Positions 16,125 through 26,476 of a stretch of DNA of 64,000 nucleotides are shown here, in pieces. Made by a program: the position numbers and the translations under genes. Location: NCBI GenBank assembly GCA_965261585.1, contig CBDHDN010000029.1, positions 15,193 to 79,192 of the forward strand, in the 5' to 3' direction. The DNA is from Alphaproteobacteria bacterium (GTDB taxonomy: Bacteria; Pseudomonadota; Alphaproteobacteria; UBA6615). Below the pieces are notes generated by a model. The model was not told the DNA's origin and ran no database searches. It worked only from the letters and a program-made list of their open reading frames with translations. Position 1 is the stretch's first letter, and every line of letters begins with the position of its first letter.

Positions 16125-17153
16125 ATGAACGACCTCGGCAGCGTTGCCAGTCTCGAGGAAATGCGGGCCTTGCTGCGCATGCTGCCTGGCCCCGATGTCG
16201 CCAGCGCCGCGGCCGCGGCGGCCCGCGAGCCGAACCTGACGAAGCCGCCGGGCTCGCTCGGCCGCCTGGAAGCCATCGCCCAGTGGGTCGCGGCCTGGCA
16301 GGGCCGGCATCCGCCGTCGCTGGAACGGCCGCGGATCTGCGTGTTCGCCGGCAATCACGGCGTGGCCGCGCGCGGTGTGTCCGCCTACCCGGCGGCGGTG
16401 ACCGCACAGATGGTGCAGAACCTTACCGCCGGCGGCGCCGCCGTCAACCAGTTGAGCCGGGTCGCCGAGGCCGAGCTGCGGGTCTATGAAATGGCGCTCG
16501 ACGAGCCGACCCGGGATTTCTGCGACGGCCCGGCCTTGAGCGACGAGGCCTGCGCGCGCGCCATGGCCTACGGCATGATGGCGGTCGAGGACGGGATCGA
16601 CCTGTTGGCCCTGGGCGAGATGGGGATCGCCAACACGACGGTGGCGGCGGCCCTGTGCCATGCGCTCTATGGCGGCGCCGCGGCGGACTGGACCGGCCCC
16701 GGGACCGGCGTCGATGCGACGGGGCAGGCGCACAAGGCCGTCGTCGTCGCCGACGCCGTCGAGCGCAACCGGGCGCTGCTGGGCGACCCGCTCGAAGTCC
16801 TGCGCTGCCTCGGCGGGCACGAGATCGCGGCGATTGCCGGCGCCGTCGTCGCCGCCCGCATGGCGCGCGTGCCGGTGTTGCTCGACGGCTACGTCTGCAC
16901 TGCCGCCGCGGCGGTCCTGCATGCGGTCGATCCGGCGGCCCTCGACCACTGTCTGGTCGCGCACCTGTCGGCCGAGCCGGCACACGCGGCGCTCGTGGCG
17001 CGTTTGGGGCAGCGGCCGCTGCTTGACCTCGGCATGCGGCTGGGCGAGGCGTCGGGCGCGGCGCTGGCGATCAATGTGGTAAGGTCGGCGGTGGCCTGCC
17101 ACACGGGCATGGCGACGTTCGCCGATGCCGGGGTCAGCGGCAGGGGCGGGTGA
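16125..17153 (+). CDS. cobT: nicotinate-nucleotide--dimethylbenzimidazole phosphoribosyltransferase
   Basis: ORF 16107..17153. ATG at 16125 follows GAAGGTGG. LTKPPGSLGRLEAIAQWVAAWQG, FAGNHGVAARGVSAYP and GEMGIANTT motifs. Confidence 0.9.
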   Translation: MNDLGSVASLEEMRALLRMLPGPDVASAAAAAAREPNLTKPPGSLGRLEAIAQWVAAWQGRHPPSLERPRICVFAGNHGVAARGVSAYPAAVTAQMVQNLTAGGAAVNQLSRVAEAELRVYEMALDEPTRDFCDGPALSDEACARAMAYGMMAVEDGIDLLALGEMGIANTTVAAALCHALYGGAAADWTGPGTGVDATGQAHKAVVVADAVERNRALLGDPLEVLRCLGGHEIAAIAGAVVAARMARVPVLLDGYVCTAAAAVLHAVDPAALDHCLVAHLSAEPAHAALVARLGQRPLLDLGMRLGEASGAALAINVVRSAVACHTGMATFADAGVSGRGG

Positions 17154-17201
17154 GCCGGCCGTGCCCGGTGGTCTGACTAGCTGTCGGTGGATGGTGGGAT
17201 C

Positions 17202-18557
17202 ATGAGCGTCGCACAGGACCGGGATACGACCGTCGTGCGGGCCGACAGCCGCGTGCGGCCGGCATCGCGACGCGCGGCGCCGGGGCTGGCCGGCCGGGTC
17301 AGTCTGCGCACGCTGACCTTCATTCGCTGGGTCGCTATTGCCGGACAGCTGGCGGCGCTCCTGGTCGTCCGCTACGGGCTGGGCTTCGACCTGCCGTTGG
17401 TCCCGGCGCTGGCGGTCGTCGGGGCGTCGGTCGTGCTGAACCTGCTGGTCAGTATGCGGCGGCCGGGGCGGGTCCGGCTGCGCGACACCGAGGCGGCGCT
17501 CTACCTGGCGTTCGACGTCGTTCAATTGACGGCGCTGCTTTACCTGGCCGGTGGGTTGAACAACCCGTTCGCGCTGATGATCCTGGCGCCGATCACGGTC
17601 TCGGCGACGGTGCTGACCCGGCGCAGCACGCTCGCCCTGTGCATCCTGGCGGTCGTTTGCGCGACGGCCATCGGCGTGCAGCACCACCCGTTGCCGTGGA
17701 CCGGGGCCGGCCTCGACCTGCCGCTTCTGTACACCGCCGGGATCTGGGCGGCGGTCGTCCTCGGCACCGTCTTCGCGGCGGCCTATGCCGGCAGCGTCGC
17801 CGAGGAAGGGCGGCGCATGTCCGATGCGCTAAGCGCGACCCAGTTGGGGCTGGCGCGCGAGCAGCGGCTGTCGGCGCTTGGCGCCCTGGCCGCGGCGGCG
17901 GCGCACGAGCTGGGCAGTCCGCTGGCGACGATCGCGGTGACGACGAAGGAACTGGCACGCGAGGTGCCGGATGACAGCCCGTTCGCCGACGACATCCAGA
18001 TCGTACAGGCGGAATCGGACCGGTGCCGCGATATCCTGGCCAGGCTGACGCGGCGCGGCGACGCCGACGACGACGATTCGCCTTTCTCGGTGATGTCGGT
18101 GGCGGCGCTTGTCGAGGCGGTGGCGGCACCCTATCGGTCCGACGATGTGGCGCTGGTGTTCGACGCGCGCGGCACGGAGAATGCAGCTGAGCCGTCGGCA
18201 ATGCGCAGCCCGGAACTTGTCCATGGGCTCGGCAATATCATCCAGAACGCCGTCCAGTTCGCGCGCCGCGCCGTCCATATCGAGACCGTGTGGGGCACCG
18301 ATAGGGTGCGCGTGACGGTGCGTGATGATGGCCCGGGCTTCCTGCCGGCGACGCTCGACCGGATCGGCGAGCCCTATGTGTCGACACGCGGACAGACGGG
18401 TGAGCATATGGGGCTCGGCATCTTCATCGCCCAGGTGCTGCTGGAGCAGACCGGGGCGGTGCTGCAATTCGGCAACAATCGCGGGGCCGAGGTTGGCGTG
18501 GCTTGGCCACGGGCCCTTCTAGAAGTGCAGAGACAGACGCGTCCGGAGGCGACATGA
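17202..18557 (+). CDS. regB: redox-responsive sensor histidine kinase of the RegB/PrrB/ActS family
   Basis: ORF 17187..18557 with ATG at 17202. Six TM segments. GGLNNPF quinone-site heptapeptide, H-box AAAAHELGSPLATI, redox Cys context ESDRCRDIL, and a C-terminal HATPase. Confidence 0.85.
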   Translation: MSVAQDRDTTVVRADSRVRPASRRAAPGLAGRVSLRTLTFIRWVAIAGQLAALLVVRYGLGFDLPLVPALAVVGASVVLNLLVSMRRPGRVRLRDTEAALYLAFDVVQLTALLYLAGGLNNPFALMILAPITVSATVLTRRSTLALCILAVVCATAIGVQHHPLPWTGAGLDLPLLYTAGIWAAVVLGTVFAAAYAGSVAEEGRRMSDALSATQLGLAREQRLSALGALAAAAAHELGSPLATIAVTTKELAREVPDDSPFADDIQIVQAESDRCRDILARLTRRGDADDDDSPFSVMSVAALVEAVAAPYRSDDVALVFDARGTENAAEPSAMRSPELVHGLGNIIQNAVQFARRAVHIETVWGTDRVRVTVRDDGPGFLPATLDRIGEPYVSTRGQTGEHMGLGIFIAQVLLEQTGAVLQFGNNRGAEVGVAWPRALLEVQRQTRPEAT

Positions 18558-19117
18558 GGCACAGCCTGGCCGCGGCCGAGGCCGCCGCCATTGCGAACAC
18601 GCTGCTGATCGTCGACGACGAGGTGAACCTGCGACGCCAGCTGGCCAAGGCAATGGAGCGGCGCGGCTTCACGGTGACGACCGCCGAGGGCGTCGGCGAC
18701 GGGGTCGAGGCGGCTCGGGCCGCGCCACCGGCCTACGCGATCGTCGATTTGCGACTCAACGACGGCAGCGGGCTGGAGGTCGTGCAGGCGTTGCGCGAGG
18801 CGCGACGCGACGTGCGTATCATCGTGCTGACCGGCTATGGCAACATTGCGACGGCCGTCGCGGCGGTCAAAGCCGGCGCCGTCGACTATCTGACGAAGCC
18901 GGCGGATGCCGACGCGGTCGAGGCGGCGCTGCTGGCCGAGAGCCGCCCCCTGCCGGCGCCGCCGGAGCAGCCGATGTCGGCCGACCGGGTGCGGTGGGAG
19001 CACATCCAACGTGTCTACGAGCAGTGCGACCGCAATGTCTCGGAAACGGCGCGGCGGCTGAAAATGCACCGGCGCACGCTGCAGCGCATCCTGGCCAAAC
19101 ACGCGCCGCGCGAATAG
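18554..19117 (+). CDS. regA: response regulator RegA/PrrA/ActR
   Basis: ORF 18503..19117. ATG at 18554 makes an ATGA overlap with regB. Receiver domain (LLIVDDE...AIVDLRLNDGSG...DYLTKP) plus the highly conserved Fis-type HTH NVSETARRLKMHRRTLQRILAK. Confidence 0.9.
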   Translation: MRHSLAAAEAAAIANTLLIVDDEVNLRRQLAKAMERRGFTVTTAEGVGDGVEAARAAPPAYAIVDLRLNDGSGLEVVQALREARRDVRIIVLTGYGNIATAVAAVKAGAVDYLTKPADADAVEAALLAESRPLPAPPEQPMSADRVRWEHIQRVYEQCDRNVSETARRLKMHRRTLQRILAKHAPRE

Positions 19118-19150
19118 GCCGCCAGTCTATTGGTTCTGTGGGCTGATTTG

Positions 19151-19178
19151 CCTAACGCTTGGGGTGCCAAGCGTTAGG
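19151..19178. terminator. perfect 12-bp stem / 4-nt loop hairpin between convergent regA and the EAL-like gene
   Basis: CCTAACGCTTGG-GGTG-CCAAGCGTTAGG. There is no clear U-tract on either side. Confidence 0.4.
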
Positions 19179-19252
19179 ATCAGACCACCAGCAGCCTACG
19201 AGCGCCGGCCGCGTGAGGCTGGCGCGAGGCGGGATGGCGAGGCTGGCTTGGC

Positions 19253-20558
19253 TCAGCTGGGTGGGCGCTTGCGGGCGCCCATCGCGCGGGCTTGGCGGAA
19301 CGTCATGTTCGTGCCCTGCTGCTCGGCAGCCGCACGCAGCAGCTCGTCGACATAGCGGCCCTGGAACAGGCAAATGCCGATCTCGCGGCCGAAGTTGACC
19401 GCGTCGACGTTGTCGCATCGGCACAGCACGATATTCGTCCGGCCGGCCGCCTTGACGGCAGTCGCCAGGATCTCGCGCTGGCTGGGCTCCTCCAGCATCT
19501 GTGGGCTCCAGTAGACCTTCACCATGTCGGCGCCAAGCTGCTCGCGGTTGACCAGCGGCGCAGTATGGTGGGTCACGCCGTCGATGCAGATGCGGTAGTT
19601 GCGGTCGTGCAAGAAGTCGCGCGCGAAGGTGTAGGCCGCCATGTTGGAGAAAATGTCCACGATCGACACTTCCAAGAGGATCGTGCCGCGAGCGCTGGCG
19701 CGCAGGTCTTCGTCGAAACGCAGGAACTCCGGCGACAACATAGACGACACGTTCAGGTTGATCGACAGGTACTTGCTGACGGCCGTGTCCTCATGCTTGA
19801 GGATCAGCGCCAGCATGCGCCGGTCGAGCAGCTGCGTCAGCCGCTGGAACAGCCAGCGGTCGGTCGTCAGGTCGATCGACGGCATCATCTGCCGCTGCAT
19901 GTCGGCAATCGAGACGTAGACTTCCTGGATGACCGGCTTGGGCGGCTCGTCGTCACTGGTGATGGCACAGATCGGCTGGCGGCGCATCAGGCTCGTCAGG
20001 TCGGCCTTTTCCAGGCTGCGCTCGATCTCGCTCAAGGTCGCCGGCGTCATCGGCTGCAGCTCGACCGGGGCGTCGACATCATCGCGCCCGGTGACCTCCG
20101 CGCGCTCCGCCGTGAGGCGCTGTTTGTACTCTGCGTAGAGGCGCTCCGCTTCCTTCTGCAGATCGACGTATTCGTGCTCGAGCCGATACCAGGTGCAAAA
20201 GCGCGGCTCGGCGGCCGGGTCGTGCAGGTGGGCCAGCGGATCATCGTTGAACAGGTAGCAGACCTTGAGGACCGCTTCCTCCGCCGCCTTGGCATCGTCG
20301 TCGCGGCAGAGGAAGAACAAGTCGCCGTTGCTCAGGGCAAAAAACTGGCCGTCGACATGGTTGATGAGCCCGTGGAACGTGTTCGCGGCGATGCGCAGAT
20401 GGTGCAGCAGGCGGTTCTGTGGGCAGCTGCGACAGGTGGATCTGGGCGCCGCGGCGCCCGTCACGGTGCCGCTGCAGCCGCTGGATGTAGTCGCAGAGTT
20501 GGGCTTCCGGGCTGCTGGCGGTCTCCTCATGCCAGGCTTTCGCAGCACTTGTCAGCAT
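19253..20558 (-). pseudogene. degenerate EAL-like domain protein, broken by one frameshift near codon 46
   Basis: ATG at 20558 with GGAGGA upstream gives MLTSAAKAWHEETASSPEAQLCDYIQRLQRHRDGRRGAQIHLSQL. This stays protein-like until about 20420-20424, where the long ORF 19253..20548 takes over in another frame (QNRLLHHLRIAANTFHGLINHVDG...). The C-terminal half follows the EAL layout with substituted residues: LLEVSIVD, ICIDGVTH, VKVYW, VLCRCDNVD, LFQGRY. Confidence 0.5.
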
Positions 20559-20693
20559 CCGGGAAATCCTCCAAGCGTGCGCGGCAGCGCTCAGGGAAAG
20601 AGAAGACGCGCGTTGAGAAATAGTTACCTTTTGCCGCTTACCGTTCAGTTAACCGCCAACGAAGGGCGGCCCGCGGTTGAGGGACGCGCCGAG

Positions 20694-21547
20694 ATGCGCT
20701 GTTGTCTTGCCTACCCGGCGCTCGAGGGCGAGCTCGTCGTGGCCGGCGTCGAGGCCCTGCATGCCGCGCTGCGTGACGGCCTGCCGGGGTGGCCGCCCCA
20801 CGAACCGGCTACTGTCTGTACACCCGACATCGATGCGCGGCTGACCGAGCAGGGGTGGGCCGTGCGGGCGCGCAGCGGTGCCGAGCAGCTTGTCGCGACC
20901 GGCGATGCGGCCGAGGGTGCCAACGCGGTCATCGGCATGCTGGTCGTCAGTGTGCTCGAGCGGCGGCCGCAGATGGTCTGTCTCCATGCCGCCGGCATTC
21001 AGGTGGGTGCCGGCGCGATCCTGTGCGCCGGACCATCGGGGCGCCGGCAAGAGCTCGCTGGCGCTGCACCTGGCACGACGCGGCTACCGGTGCCTGGGCG
21101 ACGATCAAATCCTCGTCGATGTGTCCGGCCGTCCGCAAGCCGTGGCGCTGGGCCTGGCCCTCAAGGCCCGGCTGCCGTTGCCGCCGAGCGGCGGGTCTCG
21201 CCCGCTTCGTCGCCGGACGGATTGCCTCGACCGACGCCAATGTCGCCTATCTGCATCTGCACGATGACGAGGTCGCCCCGTTCGCGACGGCCGTGCCGGT
21301 CCGTGCCATCGTCGTGGTGCGGCGTCGGTGCGAACGGGCGGGGGGCGATTGTGCGCTGGTGCCGCTGTCCGCCGGCGCCGGCGTGGCTCGCCTGCTGGAA
21401 CAGACGACCGCACCCGGCGCTTCGGCGCCGGCACTGATCGCCCTGCTGTCGCGGCTGGTCGATGCCGTGCCGGTCGCGTCGCTCGACTACCACGACAGCG
21501 ATCATGCAGCGGAGCGGGTCCTGGCGGCCCATGGTGGCGATGCCTGA
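20694..21547 (+). pseudogene. HprK-related kinase (HPr-kinase C-terminal-like P-loop protein), two frameshifts
   Basis: Three consecutive frames join into one protein. The first is MRCCLAYPALEGELVVAG...GAILCAGPSG, running to about 21040. The second is AGKSSLALHLARRGYRCLGDDQILVD...ARLPLPPSGG, running to about 21192. The third is LARFVAGRIASTDANVAYLHL...LDYHDSDHAAERVLAAHGGDA*. The P-loop GPSGAGKS is split by the first shift. Confidence 0.65.
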
Positions 21548-21833
21548 CGGGACGCCGCGATATCGACGTAACCCGGCCGTGCGCGAGGCGCCGGTGGACG
21601 GGGAGGTCTTCCTCGTCGTGCCCGACGGCGAGGACGTGTTCTACCTGGATGCGCTGTCGAGCGGCCTCTGGCGGGCGCTCGCCGATCCGCTCGGCGGGGC
21701 GGAGCTGGCGGCCCTCTACGGCGCTGCGTTCCCCGACGTTGACCGGGCCGCGATCGACGCCGATGTCGCGGCGGCGCTGGCCGTGCTCGCGGCCAAGGGG
21801 CTGGTCGTGAGCGCGGACGATGAGCCGGCGTGA
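21540..21833 (+). CDS. PqqD-family peptide-chaperone-like protein (RRE fold)
   Basis: ORF 21462..21833. ATG at 21540 overlaps the kinase stop by 8 nt. MPDGTPRYRRNPAVREAPVDGEVFLVVPDGEDVFYLDALSSGLWRAL...LAALYGAAFPDVDRAAIDADVAAALAVLAAKGLVV is the classical PqqD pattern. Confidence 0.75.
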   Translation: MPDGTPRYRRNPAVREAPVDGEVFLVVPDGEDVFYLDALSSGLWRALADPLGGAELAALYGAAFPDVDRAAIDADVAAALAVLAAKGLVVSADDEPA

Positions 21834-22059
21834 CGGGACCGCCCAGGGGCTTCCTTAACGCCTTATTAAGCGCGGGTTCCGACAATCCGTACCCTGTCGA
21901 TAGGTGCCGCAAACCGACGTGGCGCGCGCAACATGGGGCCAATGGGTACGCAATTGATCGCAAGGGTTCCAGCCAGCCCGACGGCCGGGCGGGACGTGCC
22001 TGACCGCTGCCCGGCAGGGCAGCGCTAGCGGGCCGGACCCCGGTGGCCGCCGGCGCCCA

Positions 22060-23425
22060 TTGGATGCTCTAGCGCCAGCGCGACGGTCCCGGCGCCCTGC
22101 CGGCTCGCTATTGCGGCGCGGGTGCGTTGTTGCGTCCGCGCTGCTTGCTATTGGCGCGATGGGGTCCGCGGCGGCGCAACAGGCGTTGGAAGAGAGCGTG
22201 CGCCGGCAGCCCCGACCCGAGTTCAGTCCGCTCGGGCTCGAGCTCGACCGTCTGCTCAGCCTGCCGGGGCGGTTGCTTGGGCGGGCCGACGGGGTCGACC
22301 CGGAAACGGAGCGAGGCGCTCTGGGCAGCTTCGTTCTGCTGCCGCGCGCGCAGGTCAGTACGGAGTACACGAGCAACTTGTTTCGGGCCCCGGATAACGA
22401 AACTGACGACGTCATCACGACGATCGCACCTGAGCTACGCGTCGTCTCGGACTGGGACAGGCATGCGTTGGGCGCCCGCTTGAGGGCCAATATTGGCCGC
22501 TATGCCGAGACCGTGCGTGAGGACTTCGAGGATTGGGACGCGGGCGGTCAGCGGACGGCTCGACGCCAGCGGCAATTTGTTTTTGCGGGCCGTCGCGGCC
22601 TACCAGCACGGGCACGAGGAGCGCGGCGAGATCGACGACCCGGGCGAAGGCTTCGAGCCGACGCTGGTCAGCGTGATCGAGACGACGGTCGAGGCCGAGT
22701 TCAGCCGCGACGAGGGCGTCCTCGTGCGGCCGCGCCACATGCTGCGGCGGCTCCGCTTCGAGAATACCGGCACGATCGACAACGCCGACCGTGAGCGCGA
22801 CGAACATCGGATCGGGCTCCGCCTCGGCTACGAGACCACACCCGGGACGACGTTCTTCATCGACCCGGTGGCCAGCCTGCGGCGCTATCGACGCCAGTTC
22901 GACGACAACGGCTTCGAGCGGGATTCGAACGGGTACGAGATACTGGCCGGCGTCGATTGGGACGCCTCGGCCGCGACCTATGCAGAGGTTGCGGCCGGTT
23001 ATTTCGAGCAGCATTCCGCGGATTCCAGCTTCGGCGACGTCGGCGACTTCATCGTGCGCGGTCGCGTCCTGTGGAACGCGACACCGGTGGTTACCATTAC
23101 GGGCGAGGCTGACCGCCGCCTGCGGGAGACCGCAACGCCCGCTTCCGCCGGCACCCTGGATACGTCGGTCGGTGTCAGCGCCGACTGGGAGGCGCGCGAC
23201 AATCTCATCGTCTCCGGCGGCTATCGGTTTCGCGACGAGCGGTTCGAGTCGGCGATACCGGCTACCAGCAGGCAGACGCACCGGTTCGACTTCGGCCTGC
23301 AATGGCTGATCAACCGGGTGCTGTCGGCGCGGCTGGCCGTGCGGCAGGAGACGCGGCAGGCAACGGACCGCAACGACGAGTTCGATTCGACGTCGGTGTT
23401 GCTGCGGCTAGAGGGGCAGCTGTAG
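22060..23425 (+). pseudogene. putative EPS-associated outer-membrane beta-barrel protein, one frameshift
   Basis: ORF 22060..22794 is protein-like only to about 22545 (signal peptide ...ALLAIGAMGSAAAQQ). ORF 22493..23425 continues in the next frame (SGRLDASGNLFLRAVAAYQHG...), with an alternating beta-strand pattern to the end. Confidence 0.45.
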
Positions 23426-23431
23426 GTCGCG

Positions 23432-24046
23432 ATGGTGGAAAAGCGGCGGCGCAGGCATGGGTCATTCCGCCCGGCGCGAGCCGGGGTGCTGGCGCTCGCC
23501 GTGGCGCTGGCCGCCTGTGCCCCCGCCGATCATGGGGTAACGGACAGCATCGAGATTGCCAGTGGAGCCGCGGCCGAGGCCAGCCTGGCGGTCTATCCGC
23601 TGGGTCCGGGCGACCGGTTGAAGATCACGGTGTTCGGTCAAGCGGAGCTGTCCGGCGAGTTCGACATCGATGTCAATGGATCGATCGCCTATCCGTTGCT
23701 GGGCGACGTGCCGGCCAGCGACCGCTCGTTGCGTCAACTCGGGCGTGAGGTGGCTGCGGCGCTTGATCGCGACTTCGTCGTCGATCCGCGGGTGATCGTC
23801 GAGGTCGTGCGGTTCCGGCCGTTCTTCATCCTCGGCCAGGTCAACCGGCCCGGCAGCTATCCCTACGTCGTGGGGCTGAACGTACGCCAGGCCGTCGCGA
23901 TTGCCGGGGGCTTTACGCGCCGCGCCAGGGAAACGGGGATCGTGCTCGTGCGGCGCACCGTCGATGGCGAGACCCTGCGACGGGTGCCGCAAGGTGCCCC
24001 GATCCTGCCCGGCGATACGCTCGAGGTCCGGCGCCGGCTGTTCTAA
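23432..24046 (+). CDS. polysaccharide export periplasmic/outer-membrane protein (Wza/GumB family: Poly_export + SLBB)
   Basis: 204 aa. Lipoprotein-like signal (LAVALAACAP). YPLGPGDRLKITVFGQAELSGEFDIDVNGSIAYPLLGDV and FFILGQVNRPGSYPY motifs. Confidence 0.85.
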   Translation: MVEKRRRRHGSFRPARAGVLALAVALAACAPADHGVTDSIEIASGAAAEASLAVYPLGPGDRLKITVFGQAELSGEFDIDVNGSIAYPLLGDVPASDRSLRQLGREVAAALDRDFVVDPRVIVEVVRFRPFFILGQVNRPGSYPYVVGLNVRQAVAIAGGFTRRARETGIVLVRRTVDGETLRRVPQGAPILPGDTLEVRRRLF

Positions 24047-24150
24047 GAGCTCGCTTGCCCGGGTCCGCGGCGGTGCCGCGGCACACAAGCGAAATCTTAG
24101 AGAATTCAGGCGCTAGTCGATATTCCTCGCTCCCTGTCTGTCCTCGCGCC

Positions 24151-26464
24151 ATGAGCTCGATCTCGCAGTTTCCAGCGTCCGACGACGACGGCCTGGAAGA
24201 CGCCGGCTGGTTCTCGCCCGGCGGCGATGCCGGCGGGTTGAACCTGCGCTTCCTGCTGGGTGCCCTGCGCCGCCGCAAGTTCATGATCGCCGGCGTCATG
24301 TTGGCGATCACGGGGACCGCGACGATTTTCGTGAGTCGGCTGACACCGCTCTATTCGGCGGAGGCGCTGATCGTCGTCGAGCCGGATCGACAGAACGTCG
24401 TGGATATCGAGTCCGTGGTCCAGGGCCTCACGCCGGACTTCTACACGAACGAGACGGAAGCGGCCGTGATCGGCAGCCGCGCGCTGGCCGAGCAAGTCGT
24501 CGACCGGCTGCGCCTGACCGAGGATCCGCGGTTCAATCCGTCGCTGCGCGAGCCCGCGGCGCGGCGCGACGATGGCACCGTGGGTGGCGCCCGCGGCTGG
24601 CTGCTAGAGAAGCTGATCCGACCCGGCGATGACGAGCTGCTGGCCGCCGTGCCGGAGGCGCGTGAGCCGCATCCGCTGGAGCTGCTGCCCGAACCGGAGC
24701 GGCGGCAGGTGCTGCGCGAGATCGCAACGGATCGCTACCTCGGCGGACTGACTGTCGTGCCGTCCTCGCGCTCTCGCGTCATCTCGGTCAACTATTCCTC
24801 GCCGGATCCGGAATTTGCGGCGCTGGCCGCCAACGCCACCGCCGATACCCACATCCTCGATCAGCAGTCGGAGAAGGGCGAGGCGACCAGCCGGGCGACG
24901 GAGTTCCTGGCCCGACGGGTCAACGACTTGCGCGAGCAGGTGATCGCCAGCGAAAAGGACATCGCGGAGTTTCGGCGTCGCGTCGGCCTGACCGATACCG
25001 ACGGGGCGACGCTGTATCAGCGCCAGATCACCGAGCTGAACGAGCAGCTGCTGACGGCGCGGGGGTCGCTCAGCGAGGGCCGGGCGCGGCGCCACCAGGT
25101 CGACGAGCTGATCCGCGAGGGTGCCGGACCGGAGACCATCGCCGCAGTGCTCGATTCCGGCCTGATCTCGCGCCTGCGCGAGCAGGAGGCGGTGGTCATT
25201 CGCAAGCTTGCCGAGTTGAGGACGACGTTCCGGTCCGGCCACCCCCACCTGCGGCTGGCCCAGAACGAGCTGGTCGATCTGCGCCAGGCGATCGGGCACG
25301 AGGTCGACAAGGTCGTGCGCAGCCTCGACAACGAGCTGGAAATCGTGCGCGTGCGCGTCGAGAACCTGGTGACGGAGGTTGCCCGGGTGCAGGCTGCTCG
25401 ACGCCCAGAACGACGCCGGGGTGACGCTGGCGTCGCTGGAGAACGAGCAGGAGGCGAACTGGTCGCTCTATGAGACCTTCCTGGAACGCCTCAAGGAGAC
25501 CGATATCCTGGAGGATTCCGAACAGCAGGCCGATGCGCGGATCATCTCGCGCGCCACCGCGCCGGGCGGCCCGTACTATCCCAACCGGCAGCTGATGATC
25601 GCGGCGGCGCTGGTGATCAGCGCCGCCATCGGCATTGTCCTGGCGTTCGTGATCGAGTTCCTCGACAACGGCTTTCGCTCCGCCAGCCAGCTCGAATCGC
25701 AAAGCGGGCTGCCGGCGTTGGGCATGGTACCGGCCTTGCCCAAGGCCAGGGAGGAAGGAAACCGGCCGCACCAGATCGCCCTGGCACAGCCGAATTCCGC
25801 CTATGCCGAGGCCGTCCGGTCGCTGCGGACGGCACTGATGCTGTCGTCGGCGGAACGGCCGCCCCGGTCGATCCTGGTCACGTCGTCGGTGCCCGGCGAG
25901 GGCAAGACGACGATGGCGGTCGCCCTGGCGACGACCGCGGCGAAGGGCGGCCAGAACACGATCATTCTCGACTGCGACTTCCGCCACTCGTCCCTTCACG
26001 TGCAGCTCGACGCGCCCAACCGTGAGGGGCTGAGCGACCTGCTGGCCGGGCGGGCGGTGCTCGACGACGTCGTCGACGTCGACCCGCAGTCGGGCACCCA
26101 CTACATCACCGCCGGTAGCCGCGTGCCCAGTCCGACCGACCTGTTGGCGTCGGAGGCGATGCGCAAGGTCCTGCACCAGCTGGCCGAGACCTACGATTTG
26201 GTGATCCTCGACACGCCGCCGCTGCTCGTCGTCTCCGACGCCCTGGTCCTGGTGCGCGCCGTCGACAAGACGGTCTTTGCGATCCGTTGGGAGCGGACGC
26301 GACGGGTCATCGCCCTGGCCGGGCTGAAGCACCTGGTGGAGGCGGGCGCCAACGTCGCCGGCTCGGTCCTGACGCGCGTCGACGTCAAGCGGCACGCCCA
26401 GTACGACTATGCCGACAGTGGCAGCTACTACCTCGGCAGCTACCGCAAGTACTACAGCGACTAA
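24151..26464 (+). pseudogene. polysaccharide co-polymerase (GumC/Wzz chain-length domain) fused to a BY-type tyrosine autokinase, one frameshift
   Basis: ORF 24055..25473 (ATG 24151) is sensible to ...RVENLVTEVARVQ at about 25390. ORF 25379..26464 continues in the next frame (LLDAQNDAGVTLASLENEQEANWSLYETFLERLKET...). Walker A VTSSVPGEGKTT, ILDTPPLL, and a Tyr-rich tail YDYADSGSYYLGSYRKYYSD. Confidence 0.8.
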
Positions 26465-26476
26465 CCTTCCGGGGTA

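Noticed and set aside
15969-17687. 572-aa minus-strand ORF spanning cobT and the regB 5' end
   Set aside because: It is antisense to two well-supported genes, Arg/Pro/Gly-rich, and has no RBS. The same reasoning rejects 49487..51205 (antisense to the DMFase-like gene) and 55833..57632 (antisense to glcB).
21834-22059. Small ORF (MGPMGTQLIARVPASPTAGRDVP, about 21932-22003) as possible precursor peptide for the PqqD/kinase pair
   Set aside because: It has no RBS, no leader/core features and no conservation evidence available. Such short ORFs arise by chance in GC-rich spacers.
20400-25400. Programmed ribosomal frameshifting as the explanation for the EPS-gene frame breaks
   Set aside because: No slippery heptamers or downstream structures are present at the five sites, which are plain G/C runs. 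The breaks fall inside conserved motifs such as the kinase P-loop. A genuine programmed site is visible only in the IS3 element (A7G at 35558).
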